Below are positions 56,117-64,000 of a stretch of DNA of 64,000 bases, in pieces; the stretch's first letter is position 1, and the number at the start of each line of letters is the position of its first letter. The DNA comes from Paraspadella gotoi (taxonomy: Eukaryota; Animalia; Chaetognatha): assembly GCA_051294375.1 (NCBI GenBank), contig CM119271.1, positions 10,845,142-10,909,141 of the forward strand, read 5' to 3'. Made by a program: the position numbers and the translations under genes. Under the pieces are notes generated by a model. It saw only the letters and a program-made list of their open reading frames with translations, had not been told where the DNA came from and made no database searches.

Positions 56117-58414
56117 TGGACTAAATCTTTGGGATCTCTTTTCTGAGAGTGACCCATTTCTGTTCCTTTATCTTTTCCGAGAATGCCCGATTTCTGTTCG
56201 TTTATCCCAGAATAAAATTTTAATCTTGATACTTAATCTAATTTTTTTAAAAAATCTCATAAAACAATCAGTAACTGTAAAGTTTTTCCTCTTTACGCTC
56301 GAGAAATCAATCGTTGTACTTGTAGACATCTCCGTCCAAAGATTCTAACATAACGAGTTTTAAAAGAGAAAAACTGAACTTGTATGAGTTTCGAAGTTTT
56401 TTTATTTTTACTAGACAATTAAAACGAGATAATACTTCCAAAACGCTCGTAAAAAAATGACAAGTATTTTTTTTCATTTTCCATAAAATGGCGAATTTCC
56501 GCGAAAAAAATGTTAACCTGAAAACTTTTATGGAAAATGCAAAAAATACTTGTCAACTTACTTATATTTTGCCCTAGGTTCCTAGAAACCTAGAACCTAG
56601 AACTTAGAAAGTCATAATACGTATTTAACATTCTAATTTCAATTTATATTAAATTTGAAATTTCAATCATGTTTTTAATTTCTAATTTCAATATTGAAGC
56701 GAACAAAATGACAGTTTTCGTCAAAAGATGTCGCAAGCAAAAACAACTTTCGTTTCAGCCACTAACCTATGAAAACAAAATAGCAGCCTGTTCGATGCTA
56801 TAGGATTCTTTTCAACCTTTCTTCGGAATTATCTTATTGCGTGGCTAACATTTAGCGCCCATGATTATTTCAGTCTATAGCTACATGTAGTGAGCCATTA
56901 TAGTAAAACAAAAACCTACACAACAAAAGAAAATACAAATTATATATGGCTAGCCAAAACAGTTTATTTAAAGGAGGTAAATAGACTTTCGTGCCAGCAG
57001 CAGCCGGATTCGCAGCAGCCGTTTCCGCAACAGCCGCTTCCGCAGCAGCCGGTTTATTGAAAAATATATTTCGAAATATTAGTTTCAAATTTCATGGCTA
57101 ATAAATGGATTTCTGATTTTTAGACCTGTTTCTTTTTTCTCTTTTCTATCTTCGTCTTTATTTCTTCCTTTCTTTCTTTCTTTCGTTCTTTCTTTCTTTC
57201 TTTNNNNNNNNNNNNNNNNNNNNNNNNNNNNNNNNNNNNNNNNNNNNNNNNNNNNNNNNNNNNNNNNNNNNNNNNNNNNNNNNNNNNNNNNNNNNNNNNN
57301 NNNNNNNNNNNNNNNNNNNNNNNNNNNNNNNNNNNNNNNNNNNNNNNNNNNNNNNNNNNNNNNNNNNNNNNNNNNNNNNNNNNNNNNNNNNNNNNNNNNN
57401 NNNNNNNNNNNNNNNNNNNNNNNNNNNNNNNNNNNNNNNNNNNNNNNNNNNNNNNNNNNNNNNNNNNNNNNNNNNNNNNNNNNNNNNNNNNNNNNNNNNN
57501 NNNNNNNNNNNNNNNNNNNNNNNNNNNNNNNNNNNNNNNNNNNNNNNNNNNNNNNNNNNNNNNNNNNNNNNNNNNNNNNNNNNNNNNNNNNNNNNNNNNN
57601 NNNNNNNNNNNNNNNNNNNNNNNNNNNNNNNNNNNNNNNNNNNNNNNNNNNNNNNNNNNNNNNNNNNNNNNNNNNNNNNNNNNNNNNNNNNNNNNNNNNN
57701 NNNNNNNNNNNNNNNNNNNNNNNNNNNNNNNNNNNNNNNNNNNNNNNNNNNNNNNNNNNNNNNNNNNNNNNNNNNNNNNNNNNNNNNNNNNNNNNNNNNN
57801 NNNNNNNNNNNNNNNNNNNNNNNNNNNNNNNNNNNNNNNNNNNNNNNNNNNNNNNNNNNNNNNNNNNNNNNNNNNNNNNNNNNNNNNNNNNNNNNNNNNN
57901 NNNNNNNNNNNNNNNNNNNNNNNNNNNNNNNNNNNNNNGAGTTTGAATTTTTCATCGACGCGATGAAACATTCATGAGACAGAGACGACGACGACAGAGA
58001 CGGAGTCGCGGAGGGACGACGACGTTAGAGACGGAGAGGAGAACTTGTGAGACGGCGACGATGGAGACAGCAGTTCAACGAAGAGACCAAGTATAGCCGC
58101 AGGAGAAAAGGGGTACGACAATGAAAGAAGGTGATGATGATAGAGGGAAGATAGAGGATGAGAGAGAAAGAGGAGAGAAAAAAAGAAAATGAGAGTGATA
58201 CGAAGGAGATACTAGAATGGAGAGAAAGAGGAGAGAGAGAGAAATAGAGAAAGAAAAGAACAGAGACGAAGACCAGAGAGAAAGGGAGGAGACAAGAGAA
58301 GGAGAGAGAGGAGAGAAAAAAATTAATAACTGAAACTTAAACCATTTGGATAATATTGGGAAATGAAGAGGTTTCGTGTTGTCTGAGTGAGATACGAGTA
58401 GATGGATACCTGGA

Positions 58415-58700
58415 ATAATCTATAACTTTAAGTGAAAAGCTTATAACTATAAGTAACAGTCATTAGGAGCGAGACGTTACGAAATGCTGTTTCTCGCTTC
58501 AACAAAATCACAACCCCAATCAACTCACATGAAGCGGTCGAGAGTGCGACGGCGCCCGGTGATCGAAGATGTTACATGTTGAAGTCGTGAAGCGACATTC
58601 ACGAAGCAGGAATCCTGCAGGCGCAGACAGACGATGCGACGGGAGTGACAACGACGACGGCAAAGAATGGTCGGGCTGAGAGCAAATGTGCGAATGCTAA
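58415..58700 (-). pseudogene. Inverted copy of exon 41593-41743 plus its downstream intron (paralog fragment or error-rich duplicate)
   Basis: The reverse complement matches ~41590-41860 (aggattcctgcttcgtgaatgtc...gtgagt...gaagcgagaaacagcatttcgtaa...gttacttatagttataagctttt), with indels. The AG and GT sites are kept. Confidence 0.7.
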
Positions 58701-58719
58701 GGAAGAGGGGCCAGAGAGG

Positions 58720-58758
<39 letters not shown>

Positions 58759-59834
58759 ATGACAACGTGACAAAAATGTAAAAGTAAATGTAAAAGAGGA
58801 AGAAAATGACGATGATAATGACAAAGGCACGGAGAGGGATTGACAAAAACGAGAGGATGATGACAAAGGTCGCCGTCAGTTGACGATGACGAATGACAAA
58901 AACAAAGAAATGAGATCAAGAAAAAAAAAGTGTTTACGGCGAAAAAAAATGATGACGTTTGTATGAGGTCGGTAAATTGTTGTGTAAACAAACAAACAAA
59001 GGAGAAACAATTCTCTCGCGATTTTTTTTTTTTGGGCGGATCGGGAGATGAAAAGGATGCATTTCGTCATGAGGTTAATTTGTGATTGATTAATTACGTA
59101 CATAATTAATTAATTAACATAGACTTTGCTATTTTAACGATGGAATTTTAACTATCGACCAAAAAAAATTGGAGGAAGAGGATTCCTGCGACCGGTTTCA
59201 CCGTCCGTTGCACACGACGAGGTCCCGAACTTTCGCTTCCTTCGATACAGACCGGATGGACGCCCCGTCGCGCTTTCTTGCGTTAATCGGCAGGGCGCGA
59301 ACCCGAGTCTTTTTTGGGGTGCGGCCGTTTTCTCGGATAAGTCGAGATGATAGTGAAAAGTAAGAGTTAGGAAATACACAACAATAAGTCTACACTGAAA
59401 GGAGACGGAGGTCAGACGGTGTGAATATAACCGTTCGTAATAACCGACATTGTGACATATTCCAGACCGACAGAGAGAACAAAACGACTAGCAAAGTTGC
59501 TAATTCAAAACATCAAAACTAGAGTGACATTGCGCAATCACTACGATAATTCCGCTCCGTCGCCCTCCAGTCTCACGCTCCTTTCACGATGGAAAAATTC
59601 ACTCGGGAAAATTAGTTACGACGTGAAAATTTTCTTCACGATCGGCGACTCTGTTGAGTGGTTTCGGTTAAAGACGTTTGTTGGGTTGGTCTTAAGTAAG
59701 TCAGTGCCTTTGTCAGTCGGGTAGGTGATGAATAAGTTTATTCAAAGTTACTTTACGTTAAATTTTAGGTTCGCTAATGATGGCTTGAAGAAATTAATTT
59801 ACATCTAAATAGGAAAATCGTTTGTGAACACTAA

Positions 59835-59958
59835 ATTCTATTCTATTCTATTCTATTCTATTCTATTTTATTCTATTCTATTCTATTCTATTCTATTCTA
59901 TTCTATTCTATTCTATTCTATTCTATTCTATTCTATTCTATTCTATTCTATTCTATTC
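59835..59958. repeat. (TTCTA)n microsatellite
   Basis: Directly visible. Confidence 0.95.
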
Positions 59959-60402
59959 GTAAACCAAACAAAAGACCCAAAGTCAATGATTGTTAGTTTG
60001 TAAATAGTTTACATTTTACATCATTAACGAGTCGGTTTCGTCCTAGTTTCAAATTGATGCGTTCTGCATAAAAATTACTACTAAGTAAACCTTCACGTGC
60101 TGCCTTTTCCCGTAATTAATCTATCGAAGCCATTCAAGCTTCATTAATATCAATACCGGAAACGAATAAAAACGGGGTCGCTTTGCAACGCGCAATAAGT
60201 CGCGTGGCTCTTTTGAAAATTTTGCAAAAATGAAATAGCTATTTATTTTCCTAAAGCCATTTTTTAGCCACAGCTATAGCCATGACTCTTGCTTTTTAGC
60301 ATATATATATTAAATATAGTTATTATAAAGTTATTATAAAGTAAATATTATAAGATAACTTTCTTGCATTGGAATTTCGTCTTTTATTCTTTATAGTTTT
60401 CG

Positions 60403-60980
60403 GATTTCCTAAAGACGGCGCTAGCAGTCCCTTAGATTTGATGTTTTCTACTGTCTTAACAAATGAGCAACCAACTATAGGCGAGTTATGAGCATTTTTA
60501 AGTGTGAAAGACCGACAAACAGACATACCAATCGACCAACCGACCGACCGAGAAGTGACTTAAAGAGTTTTAGGTGTTAAGGAAATTAACCAGAATCTTG
60601 ACTTATGGTCACTGAGGTTCCAAAAAATTTGAAATTTAATCTTTCTTCAACCATATATCTATTTAGTAAGTAATTAGATAGAAATATCGATAGATTTCCT
60701 AAAGACGGGCTAGCAGTCCTTAGATTTTGATGTTTTCTACTGTCTTAACAAATGAGCAACCAACTATAGGCGAGTTATGAGCATTTTTAAGTGTGAAAGA
60801 CCGACAAACAGACATACCAATCGACCAACCGACCGACCGAGAAGTGACTTAAAGAGTTTTAGGTGTTAAGGAAATTAACCAGAATCTGACTTATGGTCAC
60901 TGAGGTTTCCAAAAAATTGAAATTTATCTTTCTTCAACCATATATCTATTTAGTAAGTAATTAGATAGAATATTTCGATA
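60403..60980. repeat. ~290-bp near-perfect tandem duplication next to a gap
   Basis: gatttcctaaagacgg...gtaagtaattagataga occurs at ~60403-60690 and ~60693-60980, differing mainly by 1-nt indels. Confidence 0.85.
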
Positions 60981-61302
60981 TGAAACCNNNNNNNNNNNNN
61001 NNNNNNNNNNNNAAAGTGGAATTTATTGAAACAGAATGAATCAATATCAGTGGCAGTTGCAATTTTTAGAATAGAACCGGAATGATGGATAGACATAGAT
61101 AGACAGAAAGACCGACCGACCGAAAAGCCTTTCAATTAAGTCGCTTCTCGACGCCGCTAAAAATATCGCTACAACAACAACAACAACAACAACCGCAAAA
61201 CCGTAACGGTCTGTGAATGAGTGTGAAACAAGAGAAGCGAGAGAAATGATTCCCTCTGAAACTCGCGTTTACTCCCACAGTCATTTATCAGAACCTAACT
61301 CA

Positions 61303-61338
<36 letters not shown>

Positions 61339-62709
61339 GTATATCCTCTCTCTCTCTCATGACGTCTCTCCTCTCTCTCTCTCTCGATCGTACTGAGACT
61401 CGAGATACTCATCTCTCTCTCTGCGTAGAGAGAGGAGAGAGAATGGAAGATGGAAATGAAGACTAAGAGCGAAAAAGTAAAAGAAGAGAGAGCGAGAGAG
61501 AGAGAGAGAGAGATGAAGAGAAGAGAGGAGAGAAGAGAGAGAGAGAGAGAGAAAAGAGATGAGAGAAATGAGAGAGAGAGAGATGAAAATAGGAAATGAA
61601 GCACTAAGAGCGAAAAAGGTAGAAAAGAGCAGAGAGAGAGAGGAGATCGGAGACGATGATGATGAGAATGCAGAGAGATGAATAAAAGGCGATTGGATGA
61701 GGAGATTGAGATTAACGGCGATTCGACGGAGAGACCTACTCCGCGGACGACAGACAACGGATGCATCGACGATGAGAGAGAGGGAGAGATACCGATGCGA
61801 GGGAAGAGAGGTCACGGTGGCGCGTTCCTACGATTTGAAGCCGTTCCGTCTATCTCAATAGACTGCTCCCGAATAAAAAACATAACACGACGTAATGCTA
61901 AAGTCGCGCTCTTTTTTAACATTATCATTGTGATCCAATTGGCGTCTGGGCCGTCGTCATACCTACGCATCTGTGCATCGAGAGAGAGTGCCATATGAGG
62001 TTAATAATACAGTCTTCTGCAGATTATCGTATTTGTGTTGGCTCGTTGTGTTATGTGTGAGTGTTGCTGTCCCTCTGGAAGTCCTTCTTCGTCGCGCACA
62101 ATTTGATAGGTTTCTGCCGAGAAAGATACGAGGGTGTTTTCTTGATGCGAGATGAAGAGACCTAGGGATTAGAGATGATTCTCTTTTTGCTAATATATGT
62201 GTATCTATTCTGTTCTACCAGGTTCTCACCATGTCATACCGTAGTTTGAATACATCGAGTGATGAATCGGTACAGGCTAGACAAATGGAAATCGGAAGAC
62301 CAAACAGACATATCACCAACTAAGCATTGTCTATCAGCTGCTGTTGCTTTTCCATCTAATTGCGTTAGGCGCGAGAATCCGAGCGGACCAACTGATATTG
62401 CGGAAACTTCGAGATAAAATTGTGCCGGGCCAAAAAAAAAAAAAAAAAGAGTGGTACACTAACAAATCCCCCAATATCTACTATAGACTTATTCGAATAA
62501 TTTCTCAAAAGATTTTTCTGTATATAGTGGTGAAAAAAAAGCTATAAGGATAAAAAAAGATCTTAAAATAGTTTGTTTTTCTACGTCTGTGGTACGAAAC
62601 TTCGGTTCCCTGCATCGAGAGCTCCACGGCGGCCTTTTATTGCGTGAGAGAGAGAGACGAGAAGAACGAATGAGAGAGAGTAGATTCGAAAGATGGAGAG
62701 AGAGAGAAT

Positions 62710-63312
62710 TGCATCAAAAAAAAGCCTTTTTTCGCCAGATAATAACCTAATGTCGCCTGAAGAGATGCTCAGCAGAACGGAACAATCCGCCTCACCATCC
62801 GCCCACGGCGCCTATCGAATCTCGCACTGCGTGATGAGATTACTTTTGCACTCCACGACAGATGCAAGGGAGGACGTCGCACCCGAACCAATTGATTCAA
62901 CAGATGTAATGTTTAAGCTGATTGGCTCTTCCGCTGATTCGATTCGACGTTTAAAAACGTGCAAAAAAGAAAGGGGATCGGGGGACTTCTCCCCTCCTTT
63001 TTCTTCTCTTTTCCTTCCCTTTTTTCTCTTCTCTCTTCTCTCTCTCATCTCTCTTCTCTCACTCTCTCTCTCTCCTCTCTCTCTCTCTCTATCTCTCTCT
63101 CTTCCTTCATCCGTTCTCTCCTCCTCATCAGCTCTCTCCTCTCTTCCTCTCTCTCTATCTCTCCCTATTCTTATCCTCTTTTCCTCTCTCTCTTTCTACT
63201 CCTCTAGAACTTCTAAGCCTCCTTCTCTTCTCTCTCTCTCTCTACTCTCTTCTCTCTCTGCTCGTCTCTCCTCTCCTCTCTCCTTTTCCTCTCTCTTCAT
63301 CTTCCATTCTCA

Positions 63313-63349
<37 letters not shown>

Positions 63350-63990
63350 CATCTCTCTCTCTCTCTCTTACTCTCNNNNNNNNNNNNNNNNNNNNNNNNN
63401 AGAAAAATTTCGAAATTTTTTTTGTTTTTTTTTTTGTTTTGCCCGAAGCTTCCAGTTGAAATAGGGTCGGTGTTTCTTGAAAATCTATCTACCTATGATC
63501 CTTATGTTCTGTTTGTTTCCAGTACTTTTATAATGAAACAATATGTAAAAAGTTTTTTCTGTAAAAGAGTTACGTCACGATACAATATTTTTCGACAGTT
63601 AACAATTTAATAAAGGATAAAATCTTCACCATTTCCCCTGACCAATATTTCCCGAGTATCACACACTGCTCCGCTGTTGCCTCGCAAGATCAACAAATTG
63701 CAAAAAAATTTTTCCTCAATCCCCTTTCACTCTCACTGCATCAAAAAAAGCCTTTTTTTCGCCAGAAATAAACCAATGTCGCTGAAGAGATCCACAAACG
63801 GAACATCCCTCACCATCCGCCCACGGCGCCCATCGAATCCGCACCTGCTGATGAGATACTTTGCACCTCCCGACGACAGATGCAAGGGAGTCGTCGGCAC
63901 CCGACCAATTGATTCACAGATGTAATGTTTAAGCGATTTGGCTTCCGTTGATTCGATTCGACGTTTAACGTCAAAGAAGGAATCGACTCT
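62710..63990 (+). repeat. ~260-bp sequence duplicated on either side of a gap (62710-62970 and 63737-63990); may contain a first exon
   Basis: tgcatcaaaaaaagccttttttcgccaga...atgtcgc(c)tgaagagat...gattcgattcgacgtttaa is present in both, and the differences are mostly indels. No recognisable protein. Confidence 0.7.
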
Positions 63991-64000
63991 CTCTCTCTCT

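Noticed and set aside
61281-63925. ORFs near the right end, including the 305-aa ORF at 62693
   Set aside because: Low-quality, microsatellite-rich and gap-spanning. The duplicated block may hide an exon, but no product is identifiable.

Overview
AT-rich, microsatellite-dense animal (invertebrate-like) genomic DNA from a draft assembly, with N-gaps and stretches that look like uncorrected long reads. All calls come from manual translation and motif recognition; no database search was run. Genes I can support: (1) the first coding exon of a sacsin-like gene (-, 502-674; the gene runs off the window); (2) a small multi-exon beta-trefoil protein with triple DxDGDR motifs, resembling the C-terminal domain of lepidopteran 30K lipoproteins (+, 8361 to >10081); (3) a bifunctional PAPS synthase whose exons are split and partly duplicated, probably by assembly or haplotype artefact (+, 12307-18430; extra pieces at 20604-21515 and 31418-31509), around a ~9.7 kb purine-only tract that is probably junk; (4) a GPI-anchored Ly6/three-finger-like protein (-, 32871-35035); (5) an 8-exon gene that appears to fuse a UBR-box-like zinc finger to an XK-related scramblase domain (+, 39194-50425), the most interesting item; (6) two single-coding-exon GT10 alpha-1,3-fucosyltransferases (-, 45846-47069, nested in an intron of gene 5, and 52534-53727). 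There are also Helentron/HINE-like elements, fold-back MITEs (one present in only one of two copies of the locus), SINE-like repeats and satellites. Most ORFs in the supplied track are microsatellite artefacts.
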